Source: Auanema rhodensis (Eukaryota > Animalia > Nematoda). Taken from it: a stretch of 64,000 nucleotides of DNA. This document shows, in pieces, positions 21,205 through 35,700 of the stretch (the stretch's first letter is position 1; each line of letters starts with the position of its first letter). Both the position numbers and the translations under genes were made by a program. The stretch spans positions 5,456,001 through 5,520,000 of the forward strand of contig OZ059900.1 in assembly GCA_964057225.1 (NCBI GenBank). The letters run 5' to 3'. Under the pieces are notes generated by a model. It was given only the letters and a program-made list of their open reading frames with translations, was not told where the DNA came from and did no database searches.

Positions 21205-22306
21205 TTATTTGATCAATCGTTCATATTGTAACAATAAAAACCAGCAAAACATAAAAGCCAAGACAATGATATAACCTATAATTATAAACTGATTAATATT
21301 TAAATTTTTAATGCTTACCAGTTGGTTAGAGAGTCGGCTGTTGATGGATAATTTCAAACTTCGAAAGCTGGAAAAAAAAATGTTACGGCTAAGAAAATTT
21401 AAATATAACATAACAAAATCAACCAACTGTCCATTAAACAGTTTGTGCTTGTTGTAGTCAAAACGATGGATCAAAACGGATAAGCATATTCAAGTTGAGC
21501 GCCTGTTGACTTAATTTAAAGTAGAACACATTCTGCTTATAACCAAAAGACTTGACAGTTGACTCATCAGTATAAATGGCAATGTAACCCATATTATTCA
21601 ACAATTGTTTTGATGACATGCTAGAATAGGAACGCATCTGTAAAAGAAAAAATAATAATTAGAATTAATAATTTTATAATCTCACATTGATTGTTGAATT
21701 TTCAGGTTTATAATGACGGAAAACTTTTAAAAGCCCTAAGGCATCATTCCTCGCTCTACACTTGACACAGAGGCTGAAACAGTGGTACTCGTCTACGACT
21801 TGCAATGTATCCCTACAAGTTTTGCAGAGACATATTGGTCTCATAACTACAGGCTGTTGTGGAGAGCTATCCTTTGAGATTTGTACCTGCTTTTTTGGTG
21901 TGTCTAAACAAAAAATAATTAATAACAAAAATAAAACCTTACCAAAGAATGTGGCAGCAAAGTTGGGTCCTGGTGTGGGTGGTCTTGGAACATCCGGTTC
22001 CGGTGTCGAAGGTACAATATTCTCTACATCAACAAGAGCGGAACGCTTCATGTTTGTAGCCCAATTGGAGGCTTTTCCTAAACAACAACGAACTTTTACG
22101 TCTAGGGTCCAAGTAGAGTAGAGGAAAGTCCTAGCAGCAGTCTGTTGACGTTGGATCAGATCGTCGGCTTGTTGGCAGAGGTGGATCGGCGAGAAGACTT
22201 GGTGGCGGAGCTGGATCGGAGAGTAGACTTGTTGACAGAGCTGGATCGTAGAGTCGACTTGTTGGCGGAGCTGAAATGCAAATTTCGGTCTAAAAAATTT
22301 TGCCAC
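21205..22306 (-). CDS. Spliced accessory gene of unknown function with a Cys cluster; ends uncertain
   Basis: Short GT-AG introns at 21904-21942 and 21638-21685 preserve the frame; CLCKTC...CVKC; ATG at 22306 or 22051. Confidence 0.55.
22150..22272. repeat. 30-bp tandem repeat, four copies
   Basis: GCTGGATCGGAGAGTAGACTTGTTGACAGA-like units. Confidence 0.8.
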
Positions 22307-23218
22307 CTTTTATACAAACTTTGTTGTAAAGCTCTACCCACTCCGCCTCTTTCACAAAACAGTTGACTGCTGTATGCGGCTTTTCTATTTGTTATATATT
22401 ACAACAAATATATGCATTTATACATTAATTAGCAGTTTGTTGCGCAAACAGCTGCCAAATGCGCTAAAATACACCGATTGCGCCAACAGTTGCCGGATTA
22501 ACAACCTGTAAACTATCCGCTTATTAATTACTTGTTACAGCATTCGATTTCGTAAATCCAAATATTTAACAATAATTCAACTCATTTGTGACAAGTCCTT
22601 ATACAATAACAACTGTCAGCCAAAATTGTGGAATATTACAATAGGATCGTTTAATATTGTATTCATATTCTTATTATAACAGCTGTGGTACACTCTTATT
22701 TTTATAGTTTAGGAAACACTAATTCAAAATGTTGGATCCTTCTGAGGAAACGCAGGATTGTTGCGAAAAACAGACTTGTACACATCCGATTACAAGTACA
22801 ACATTTCCAGACACTTTGTAAAAAAGAAACTCTTACAAAATGTTAACACATGTTCTAATTTTAAATGAAAATTTATTGTTCAATAAATATATTACGAAAC
22901 ATTTATTCTATTCTTGAACATAGTTATGAAATACATTAGCTATCAGAACATTTATAAACTATTAGGGCTACAACAACAATTACTTTAAAGTAACATTTTT
23001 GATGCTAAAAAGTTTGAAAATATTCGTATATACTCATGACCCCTTGGCATAGTAAGTATTCTTTAGCGTTATGGGTACATGTGGTGTACAGCTATTTATC
23101 ATATTTTTATGAACACAACTTTTGCCATGTGGTACATGTGTAGTGCACCTGTTTTAACAATCTTATCGAATTAACCTTCGATATGTGTTTCATTAAATTT
23201 AGTTTAAATATTTATTAC

Positions 23219-23791
23219 TTCTTATCGAATTAACCTTCGATATGAGTTCCATTGATTAACCCATAAGAAGTACGGTGAACATATTGATTAGCTTTTAAAA
23301 ATATTTAAATAAATAAAAAACAATATATATGAGAAATAATTTATTCAGTTTTAAAGATACAATTAAAAAATATGTAAATATTAAAATACATTTAAAAAGA
23401 AATATTATTAAAAATATATTTAAAAAGAAACAATTAAATAATAATATTTACAAATACAATTTAAAATATATATAAATATTAAAAATACATTTAAAAAGAA
23501 ATAAGTTTAAAAATATTTACAAATACAATTAACAAATATATAAATAATAAAAATTGATTTAAAAATAGATTAAAAAATAATTTAAAAAAAAAAAATCATG
23601 CATTTTGATTCATGCGCAGGCTCGAGAGCCTGCATCGGGAGGAAAAGTATATTTTTGACAGCTGACGCCGAAAATATGATTTTGACAGCTGACGCCCCCA
23701 AAAGTATGATTTTAGCAGCTGACGCCCTCAAAAGTATGTTTTTAGCAACTGTTTGGGGGCGTGGTTAGTAAATTCGGCATGGCTCTCTACT
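23219..23791 (-). repeat. Right terminal inverted repeat
   Basis: Reverse complement of 7170-7742 with scattered mismatches. Confidence 0.95.
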
Positions 23792-26700
23792 TTCATGGTC
23801 ATATTAGTCTAAAAACACTAACTTAATGGGTTTGATGCATGGTAACCAAGACTTCCAATTTTATGTGAACAGTTAACTATACCACCTAAGTATCCGAAGA
23901 AAGTGATCTTGATTTGTAACTCGGTGCCCGTTAAAGATAGAAGAATACTGTACATTTTAATGAATTTTCCATGGCCATATTAGTCTAAAAACACTATCTT
24001 ATTGTGTTTGATGCATGGTAGCCAGGACTTCCAATTTTATGTGAACAGTTAACTATACCACCTAAGTATCTAAAGAAAGTGATCTTGATTTGTAACTCGG
24101 TGCCCGTTAAAGATAGAAGAATACTGTACATTTTAATAAATTCTCCATGGTCATATTAGTCTAAAAACACTATCTTATTGTGTTTGATGCATGGTAGCCA
24201 GGACTTCCAATTTTATGTGAACAGTTAACTATACCACCTAAGTATCCGAAGAAAGTGATCTTGATTTGTAACTCGGTGCCCGTTAAAGATAGAAGAATAC
24301 TGTACATTTTAATAAATTCTCCATGGTCATATTAGTCTAAAAACACTATCTTATTGTGTTTGATGCATGGTAGCCAGGACTTCCAATTTTATGTGAACAG
24401 TTAGCTATACCACCTAAGTATCTAAAGAAAGTGATCTTGATTTGTAACTCGGTGCCCGTTAAAGTTAGAAGAATACTGTACATTTTAATGAATTCTCCAT
24501 GGCCATATTAGTCTAAAAACACTATCTTATTGTGTTTGATGCATGGTAGCCAGGACTTCCAATTTTATGTGAACAGTTAGCTATACCACCTAAGTATCCG
24601 AAGAAAGTGATCTTGATTTGTAACTCGGTGCCCGTTAAAGTTAGAAGAATACTGTACATTTCAATGAATTCTCCATGGCCATATTAGTCTAAAAACACTA
24701 TCTTATTGTGTTTGATGCATGGTAGCCAGGACTTCCAATTTTATGTGAACAGTTAGCTATACCACCTAAGTATCTAAAGAAAGTGATCTTGATTTGTAAC
24801 TCGGTGCCCGTTAAAGTTAGAAGAATACTGTACATTTTAATGAATTCTCCATGGCCATATTAGTCTAAAAACACTATCTTATTGTGTTTGATGCATGGTA
24901 GCCAGGACTTCCAATTTTATGTGAACAGTTAGCTATACCACCTAAGTATCCGAAGAAAGTGATCTTGATTTGTAACTCGGTGCCCGTTAAAGTTAGAAGA
25001 ATACTGTACATTTCAATGAATTCTCCATGGCCATATTAGTCTAAAAACACTATCTTATTGTGTTTGATGCATGGTAGCCAGGACTTCCAATTTTATGTGA
25101 ACAGTTAGCTATACCACCTAAGTATCTAAAGAAAGTGATCTTGATTTGTAACTCGGTGCCCGTTAAAGTTAGAAGAATACTGTACATTTTAATGAATTCT
25201 CCATGGCCATATTAGTCTAAAAACACTATCTTATTGTGTTTGATGCATGGTAGCCAGGACTTCCAATTTTATGTGAACAGTTAGCTATACCACCTAAGTA
25301 TCCGAAGAAAGTGATCTTGATTTGTAACTCGGTGCCCGTTAAAGTTAGAAGAATACTGTACATTTTAATGAATTCTCCATGGCCATATTAGTCTAAAAAC
25401 ACTATCTTATTGTGTTTGATGCATGGTAGCCAGGACTTCCAATTTTATGTGAACAGTTAGCTATACCACCTAAGTATCTAAAGAAAGTGATCTTGATTTG
25501 TAACTCGGTGCCCGTTAAAGTTAGAAGAATACTGTACATTTTAATGAATTCTCCATGGCCATATTAGTCTAAAAACACTATCTTATTGTGTTTGATGCAT
25601 GGTAGCCAGGACTTCCAATTTTATGTGAACAGTTAACTATACCACCTAAGTATCTAAAGAAAGTGATCTTGATTTGTAACTCGGTGCCCGTTAAAGATAG
25701 AAGAATACTGTACATTTTAATAAATTCTCCATGGCCATCTTAGACTAAAAACACTATCTTATTGTGTTTGATGCATGGTAGCCAGGACTTCCAATTTTAT
25801 GTGAACAGTTAACTATACCACCTAAGTATCTAAAGAAAGTGATCTTGATTTGTAACTTGGTGCCCGTTAAAGATAGAAGAATACTGTACATTTTAATAAA
25901 TTCTCCATGGTCATATTAGTCTAAAAACACTATCTTATTGTGTTTGATGCATGGTAGCCAGGACTTCCAATTTTATGTGAACAGTTAACTATACCACCTA
26001 AGTATCCGAAGAAAGTGATCTTGATTTGTAACTTGGTGCCCGTTAAAAATAGAAGAATACTGTACATTTTAATGAATTCTCCATGGTCATATTAGTCTAA
26101 AAACACTATCTTATTGTGTTTGATGCATGGTAGCCAGGACTTCCAATTTTATGTGAACAGTTAACTATACCACCTAAGTATCTAAAGAAAGTGATCTTGA
26201 TTTGTAACTCGGTGCCCGTTAAAGATAGAAAAATACTGTACATTTTAATGAATTCTCCATGGTCATATTAGTCTAAAAACACTATCTTATTGTGTTTGAT
26301 GCATGGTAGCCAGGACTTCCAATTTTATGTGAAGAGTTAACTATAACACCTAAGTATCCGAAGAAAGTGATCTTGATTTGTAACTCGGTGCCCGTTAAAG
26401 ATAGAAGAATACTGTACATTTTAATGAATTCTTCATGGTCATATTAGTCTAAAAACACTAACTTAATGGGTTTGATGCATGGTAACCAAGACTTCCAATT
26501 TTATGTGAACAGTTAACTATACCACCTAAGTATCCGAAGAAAGTGATCTTGATTTGTAACTCGGTGCCCGTTAAAGATAGAAGAATACTGTACATTTTAA
26601 TGAATTTTCCATGGCCATATTAGTCTAAAAACACTATCTTATTGTGTTTGATGCATGGTAGCCAGGACTTCCAATTTTATGTGAACAGTTAACTATACCA

Positions 26701-29700
26701 CCTAAGTATCTAAAGAAAGTGATCTTGATTTGTAACTCGGTGCCCGTTAAAGATAGAAGAATACTGTACATTTTAATAAATTCTCCATGGTCATATTAGT
26801 CTAAAAACACTATCTTATTGTGTTTGATGCATGGTAGCCAGGACTTCCAATTTTATGTGAACAGTTAACTATACCACCTAAGTATCCGAAGAAAGTGATC
26901 TTGATTTGTAACTCGGTGCCCGTTAAAGATAGAAGAATACTGTACATTTTAATGAATTTTCCATGGCCATATTAGTCTAAAAACACTATCTTAATGTGTT
27001 TGATGCATGGTAGCCAGGACTTCCAATTTTATGTGAACAGTTAACTATACCACCTAAGTATCTAAAGAAAGTGATCTTGATTTGTAACTCGGTGCCCGTT
27101 AAAGATAGAAGAATACTGTACATTTTAATGAATTCTCCATGGTCATATTAGTCTAAAAACACTATCTTATTGTGTTTGATGCATGGTAGCCAGGACTTCC
27201 AATTTTATGTGAAGAGTTAACTATACCACCTAAGTATCCGAAGAAAGTGATCTTGATTTGTAACTCGGTGCCCGTTAAAGATAGAAGAATACTGTACATT
27301 TTAATGAATTCTCCATGGTCATATTAGTCTAAAAACACTAACTTAATGGGTTTGATGCATGGTAACCAAGACTTCCAATTTTATGTGAACAGTTAACTAT
27401 ACCACCTAAGTATCCGAAGAAAGTGATCTTGATTTGTAACTCGGTGCCCGTTAAAGATAGAAGAATACTGTACATTTTAATAAATTCTCCATGGCCATCT
27501 TAGACTAAAAACACTATCTTATTGTGTTTGATGCATGGTAGCCAGGACTTCCAATTTTATGTGAACAGTTAGCTATACCACCTAAGTATCCGAAGAAAGT
27601 GATCTTGATTTGTAACTCGGTGCCCGTTAAAGTTAGAAAAATACTGTACATTTTAATGAATTCTCCATGGTCATATTAGTCTAAAAACACTATCTTATTG
27701 TGTTTGATGCATGGTAGCCAGGACTTCCAATTTTATGTGAACAGTTAACTATACCACCTAAGTATCTAAAGAAAGTGATCTTGATTTGTAACTCGGTGCC
27801 CGTTAAAGATAGAAAAATACTGTACATTTTAATGAATTCTCCATGGTCATATTAGTCTAAAAACACTATCTTATTGTGTTTGATGCATGGTAGCCAGGAC
27901 TTCCAATTTTATGTGAACAGTTAACTATACCACCTAAGTATCTAAAGAAAGTGATCTTGATTTGTAACTTGGTGCCCGTTAAAGATAGAAGAATACTGTA
28001 CATTTTAATAAATTCTCCATGGTCATATTAGTCTAAAAACACTATCTTATTGTGTTTGATGCATGGTAGCCAGGACTTCCAATTTTATGTGAACAGTTAA
28101 CTATACCACCTAAGTATCCGAAGAAAGTGATCTTGATTTGTAACTTGGTGCCCGTTAAAAATAGAAGAATACTGTACATTTTAATGAATTCTCCATGGTC
28201 ATATTAGTCTAAAAACACTATCTTATTGTGTTTGATGCATGGTAGCCAGGACTTCCAATTTTATGTGAACAGTTAACTATACCACCTAAGTATCTAAAGA
28301 AAGTGATCTTGATTTGTAACTCGGTGCCCGTTAAAGATAGAAAAATACTGTACATTTTAATGAATTCTCCATGGTCATATTAGTCTAAAAACACTATCTT
28401 ATTGTGTTTGATGCATGGTAGCCAGGACTTCCAATTTTATGTGAAGAGTTAACTATAACACCTAAGTATCCGAAGAAAGTGATCTTGATTTGTAACTCGG
28501 TGCCCGTTAAAGATAGAAGAATACTGTACATTTTAATGAATTCTTCATGGTCATATTAGTCTAAAAACACTAACTTAATGGGTTTGATGCATGGTAACCA
28601 AGACTTCCAATTTTATGTGAACAGTTAACTATACCACCTAAGTATCCGAAGAAAGTGATCTTGATTTGTAACTCGGTGCCCGTTAAAGATAGAAGAATAC
28701 TGTACATTTTAATGAATTTTCCATGGCCATATTAGTCTAAAAACACTATCTTATTGTGTTTGATGCATGGTAGCCAGGACTTCCAATTTTATGTGAACAG
28801 TTAACTATACCACCTAAGTATCTAAAGAAAGTGATCTTGATTTGTAACTCGGTGCCCGTTAAAGATAGAAGAATACTGTACATTTTAATGAATTTTCCAT
28901 GGCCATATTAGTCTAAAAACACTATCTTAATGTGTTTGATGCATGGTAGCCAGGACTTCCAATTTTATGTGAACAGTTAACTATACCACCTAAGTATCTA
29001 AAGAAAGTGATCTTGATTTGTAACTCGGTGCCCGTTAAAGATAGAAGAATACTGTACATTTTAATGAATTCTCCATGGTCATATTAGTCTAAAAACACTA
29101 TCTTATTGTGTTTGATGCATGGTAGCCAGGACTTCCAATTTTATGTGAAGAGTTAACTATACCACCTAAGTATCCGAAGAAAGTGATCTTGATTTGTAAC
29201 TCGGTGCCCGTTAAAGATAGAAGAATACTGTACATTTTAATGAATTCTCCATGGTCATATTAGTCTAAAAACACTAACTTAATGGGTTTGATGCATGGTA
29301 ACCAAGACTTCCAATTTTATGTGAACAGTTAACTATACCACCTAAGTATCCGAAGAAAGTGATCTTGATTTGTAACTCGGTGCCCGTTAAAGATAGAAGA
29401 ATATTGTACATTTTAATGAATTTTCCATGGCCATATTAGTCTAAAAACACTATCTTATTGTGTTTGATGCATGGTAGCCAGGACTTCCAATTTTATGTGA
29501 ACAGTTAACTATACCACCTAAGTATCTAAAGAAAGTGATCTTGATTTGTAACTTGGTGCCCGTTAAAGATAGAAGAATACTGTACATTTTAATAAATTCT
29601 CCATGGTCATATTAGTCTAAAAACACTATCTTATTGTGTTTGATGCATGGTAGCCAGGACTTCCAATTTTATGTGAACAGTTAACTATACCACCTAAGTA

Positions 29701-32700
29701 TCTAAAGAAAGTGATCTTGATTTGTAACTTGGTGCCCGTTAAAGATAGAAGAATACTGTACATTTTAATAAATTCTCCATGGTCATATTAGACTAAAAAC
29801 ACTATCTTATTGTGTTTGATGCATGGTAGCCAGGACTTCCAATTTTATGTGAACAGTTAACTATACCACCTAAGTATCTAAAGAAAGTGATCTTGATTTG
29901 TAACTTGGTGCCCGTTAAAGATAGAAGAATACTGTACATTTTAATAAATTCTCCATGGTCATATTAGACTAAAAACACTATCTTATTGTGTTTGATGCAT
30001 GGTAGCCAGGACTTCCAATTTTATGTGAACAGTTAACTATACCACCTAAGTATCTAAAGAAAGTGATCTTGATTTGTAACTTGGTGCCCGTTAAAGATAG
30101 AAGAATACTGTACATTTTAATAAATTCTCCATGGTCATATTAGACTAAAAACACTATCTTATTGTGTTTGATGCATGGTAGCCAGGACTTCCAATTTTAT
30201 GTGAACAGTTAACTATACCACCTAAGTATCTAAAGAAAGTGATCTTGATTTGTAACTTGGTGCCCGTTAAAGATAGAAGAATACTGTACATTTTAATAAA
30301 TTCTCCATGGTCATATTAGACTAAAAACACTATCTTATTGTGTTTGATGCATGGTAGCCAGGACTTCCAATTTTATGTGAACAGTTAACTATACCACCTA
30401 AGTATCTAAAGAAAGTGATCTTGATTTGTAACTCGGTGCCCGGTAAAGATAGAAGAATACTGTACATTTTAATGAATTCTCCATGGCCATATTAGACTAA
30501 AAACACTATCTTATTGTGTTTGATGCATGGTAGCCAGGACTTCCAATTTTATGTGAACAGTTAACTATACCACCTAAGTATCTAAAGAAAGTGATCTTGA
30601 TTTGTAACTTGGTGCCCGTTAAAGATAGAAGAATACTGTACATTTTAATAAATTCTCCATGGTCATATTAGTCTAAAAACACTATCTTATTGTGTTTGAT
30701 GCATGGTAGCCAGGACTTCCAATTTTATGTGAACAGTTAACTATACCACCTAAGTATCTAAAGAAAGTGATCTTGATTTGTAACTTGGTGCCCGTTAAAG
30801 ATAGAAGAATACTGTACATTTTAATAAATTCTCCATGGTCATATTAGACTAAAAACACTATCTTATTGTGTTTGATGCATGGTAGCCAGGACTTCCAATT
30901 TTATGTGAACAGTTAACTATACCACCTAAGTATCTAAAGAAAGTGATCTTGATTTGTAACTTGGTGCCCGTTAAAGATAGAAGAATACTGTACATTTTAA
31001 TAAATTCTCCATGGTCATATTAGACTAAAAACACTATCTTATTGTGTTTGATGCATGGTAGCCAGGACTTCCAATTTTATGTGAACAGTTAACTATACCA
31101 CCTAAGTATCTAAAGAAAGTGATCTTGATTTGTAACTTGGTGCCCGTTAAAGATAGAAGAATACTGTACATTTTAATAAATTCTCCATGGTCATATTAGA
31201 CTAAAAACACTATCTTATTGTGTTTGATGCATGGTAGCCAGGACTTCCAATTTTATGTGAACAGTTAACTATACCACCTAAGTATCTAAAGAAAGTGATC
31301 TTGATTTGTAACTTGGTGCCCGTTAAAGATAGAAGAATACTGTACATTTTAATAAATTCTCCATGGTCATATTAGACTAAAAACACTATCTTATTGTGTT
31401 TGATGCATGGTAGCCAGGACTTCCAATTTTATGTGAACAGTTAACTATACCACCTAAGTATCTAAAGAAAGTGATCTTGATTTGTAACTTGGTGCCCGTT
31501 AAAGATAGAAGAATACTGTACATTTTAATAAATTCTCCATGGTCATATTAGACTAAAAACACTATCTTATTGTGTTTGATGCATGGTAGCCAGGACTTCC
31601 AATTTTATGTGAACAGTTAACTATACCACCTAAGTATCTAAAGAAAGTGATCTTGATTTGTAACTTGGTGCCCGTTAAAGATAGAAGAATACTGTACATT
31701 TTAATAAATTCTCCATGGTCATATTAGACTAAAAACACTATCTTATTGTGTTTGATGCATGGTAGCCAGGACTTCCAATTTTATGTGAACAGTTAACTAT
31801 ACCACCTAAGTATCTAAAGAAAGTGATCTTGATTTGTAACTTGGTGCCCGTTAAAGATAGAAGAATACTGTACATTTTAATAAATTCTCCATGGTCATAT
31901 TAGTCTAAAAACACTATCTTATTGTGTTTGATGCATGGTAGCCAGGACTTCCAATTTTATGTGAACAGTTAACTATACCACCTAAGTATCTAAAGAAAGT
32001 GATCTTGATTTGTAACTTGGTGCCCGTTAAAGATAGAAGAATACTGTACATTTTAATAAATTCTCCATGGTCATATTAGTCTAAAAACACTATCTTATTG
32101 TGTTTGATGCATGGTAGCCAGGACTTCCAATTTTATGTGAACAGTTAACTATACCACCTAAGTATCTAAAGAAAGTGATCTTGATTTGTAACTTGGTGCC
32201 CGTTAAAGATAGAAGAATACTGTACATTTTAATAAATTCTCCATGATCATATTAGTCTAAAAACACTATCTTATTGTGTTTGATGCATGGTAGCCAGGAC
32301 TTCCAATTTTATGTGAACAGTTAACTATACTACCTAAGTATCTAAAGAAAGTGATCTTGATTTGTAACTTGGTGCCCGTTAAAGATAGAAGAATACTGTA
32401 CATTTTAATAAATTCTCCATGGTCATATTAGTCTAAAAACACTATCTTATTGTGTTTGATGCATGGTAGCCAGGACTTCCAATTTTATGTGAACAGTTAA
32501 CTATACCACCTAAGTATCTAAAGAAAGTGATCTTGATTTGTAACTTGGTGCCCGTTAAAGATAGAAGAATACTGTACATTTTAATAAATTCTCCATGGTC
32601 ATATTAGTCTAAAAACACTATCTTATTGTGTTTGATGCATGGTAGCCAGGACTTCCAATTTTATGTGAACAGTTAACTATACTACCTAAGTATCTAAAGA

Positions 32701-35700
32701 AAGTGATCTTGATTTGTAACTTGGTGCCCGTTAAAGATAGAAGAATACTGTACATTTTAATAAATTCTCCATGGTCATATTAGTCTAAAAACACTATCTT
32801 ATTGTGTTTGATGCATGGTAGCCAGGACTTCCAATTTTATGTGAACAGTTAACTATACCACCTAAGTATCTAAAGAAAGTGATCTTGATTTGTAACTTGG
32901 TGCCCGTTAAAGATAGAAGAATACTGTACATTTTAATAAATTCTCCATGGTCATATTAGTCTAAAAACACTATCTTATTGTGTTTGATGCATGGTAGCCA
33001 GGACTTCCAATTTTATGTGAACAGTTAACTATACCACCTAAGTATCTAAAGAAAGTGATCTTGATTTGTAACTTGGTGCCCGTTAAAGATAGAAGAATAC
33101 TGTACATTTTAATAAATTCTCCATGGTCATATTAGTCTAAAAACACTATCTTATTGTGTTTGATGCATGGTAGCCAGGACTTCCAATTTTATGTGAACAG
33201 TTAACTATACCACCTAAGTATCTAAAGAAAGTGATCTTGATTTGTAACTTGGTGCCCGTTAAAGATAGAAGAATACTGTACATTTTAATAAATTTTCCAT
33301 GGTCATATTAGTCTAAAAACACTATCTTATTGTGTTTGATGCATGGTAGCCAGGACTTCCAATTTTATGTGAACAGTTAACTATACCACCTAAGTATCTA
33401 AAGAAAGTGATCTTGATTTGTAACTTGGTGCCCGTTAAAGATAGAAGAATACTGTACATTTTAATAAATTCTCCATGGTCATATTAGTCTAAAAACACTA
33501 TCTTATTGTGTTTGATGCATGGTAGCCAGGACTTCCAATTTTATGTGAACAGTTAACTATACCACCTAAGTATCTAAAGAAAGTGATCTTGATTTGTAAC
33601 TCGGTGCCCGTTAAAGTTAGAAGAATACTGTACATTTTAATGAATTCTCCATGGCCATATTAGTCTAAAAACACTATCTTATTGTGTTTGATGCATGGTA
33701 GCCAGGACTTCCAATTTTATGTGAACAGTTAACTATACCACCTAAGTATCCGAAGAAAGTGATCTTGATTTGTAACTCGGTGCCCGTTAAAGTTAGAAGA
33801 ATACTGTACATTTTAATGAATTCTCCATGGCCATATTAGTCTAAAAACACTATCTTATTGTGTTTGATGCATGGTAGCCAGGACTTCCAATTTTATGTGA
33901 ACAGTTAGCTATACCACCTAAGTATCTAAAGAAAGTGATCTTGATTTGTAACTCGGTGCCCGTTAAAGTTAGAAGAATACTGTACATTTTAATGAATTCT
34001 CCATGGCCATATTAGTCTAAAAACACTATCTTATTGTGTTTGATGCATGGTAGCCAGGACTTCCAATTTTATGTGAACAGTTAGCTATACCACCTAAGTA
34101 TCCGAAGAAAGTGATCTTGATTTGTAACTCGGTGCCCGTTAAAGTTAGAAGAATACTGTACATTTTAATGAATTCTCCATGGTCATATTAGTCTAAAAAC
34201 ACTATCTTATTGTGTTTGATGCATGGTAGCCAGGACTTCCAATTTTATGTGAACAGTTAGCTATACCACCTAAGTATCCGAAGAAAGTGATCTTGATTTG
34301 TAACTCGGTGCCCGTTAAAGTTAGAAGAATACTGTACATTTTAATGAATTCTCCATGGCCATATTAGTCTAAAAACACCATCTTATTGTGTTTGATGCAT
34401 GGTAGCCAGGACTTCCAATTTTATGTGAACAGTTAGCTATACCACCTAAGTATCCGAAGAAAGTGATCTTGATTTGTAACTCGGTGCCCGTTAAAGTTAG
34501 AAGAATACTGTACATTTTAATGAATTCTCCATGGTCATATTAGTCTAAAAACACTATCTTATTGTGTTTGATGCATGGTAGCCAGGACTTCCAATTTTAT
34601 GTGAACAGTTAACTATACCACCTAAGTATCTAAAGAAAGTGATCTTGATTTGTAACTCGGTGCCCGTTAAAGATAGAAGAATACTGTACATTTTAATAAA
34701 TTCTCCATGGTCATATTAGTCTAAAAACACTATCTTATTGTGTTTGATGCATGGTAGCCAGGACTTCCAATTTTATGTGAACAGTTAGCTATACCACCTA
34801 AGTATCCGAAGAAAGTGATCTTGATTTGTAACTCGGTGCCCGTTAAAGTTAGAAGAATACTGTACATTTTAATGAATTCTCCATGGTCATATTAGTCTAA
34901 AAACACTATCTTATTGTGTTTGATGCATGGTAGCCAGGACTTCCAATTTTATGTGAACAGTTAACTATACCACCTAAGTATCTAAAGAAAGTGATCTTGA
35001 TTTGTAACTCGGTGCCCGTTAAAGATAGAAGAATACTGTACATTTTAATAAATTCTCCATGGTCATATTAGTCTAAAAACACTATCTTATTGTGTTTGAT
35101 GCATGGTAGCCAGGACTTCCAATTTTATGTGAACAGTTAGCTATACCACCTAAGTATCCGAAGAAAGTGATCTTGATTTGTAACTCGGTGCCCGTTAAAG
35201 TTAGAAGAATACTGTACATTTTAATGAATTCTCCATGGTCATATTAGTCTAAAAACACTATCTTATTGTGTTTGATGCATGGTAGCCAGGACTTCCAATT
35301 TTATGTGAACAGTTAACTATACCACCTAAGTATCTAAAGAAAGTGATCTTGATTTGTAACTCGGTGCCCGTTAAAGATAGAAGAATACTGTACATTTTAA
35401 TGAATTCTCCATGGTCATATTAGTCTAAAAACACTATCTTATTGTGTTTGATGCATGGTAGCCAGGACTTCCAATTTTATGTGAACAGTTAGCTATACCA
35501 CCTAAGTATCCGAAGAAAGTGATCTTGATTTGTAACTCGGTGCCCGTTAAAGTTAGAAGAATACTGTACATTTTAATGAATTCTCCATGGCCATATTAGT
35601 CTAAAAACACTATCTTATTGTGTTTGATGCATGGTAGCCAGGACTTCCAATTTTATGTGAACAGTTAGCTATACCACCTAAGTATCTAAAGAAAGTGATC

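Larger units (their letters stand above)
7170..23791. mobile_element. Full-length Maverick/Polinton, 16,622 bp
   Basis: Termini AGTAGAGAGCC...GGCTCTCTACT, long TIRs, 6-bp TSD, and pPolB, RVE integrase, A32-like ATPase, adenain protease, major and minor capsid genes. Confidence 0.98.
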
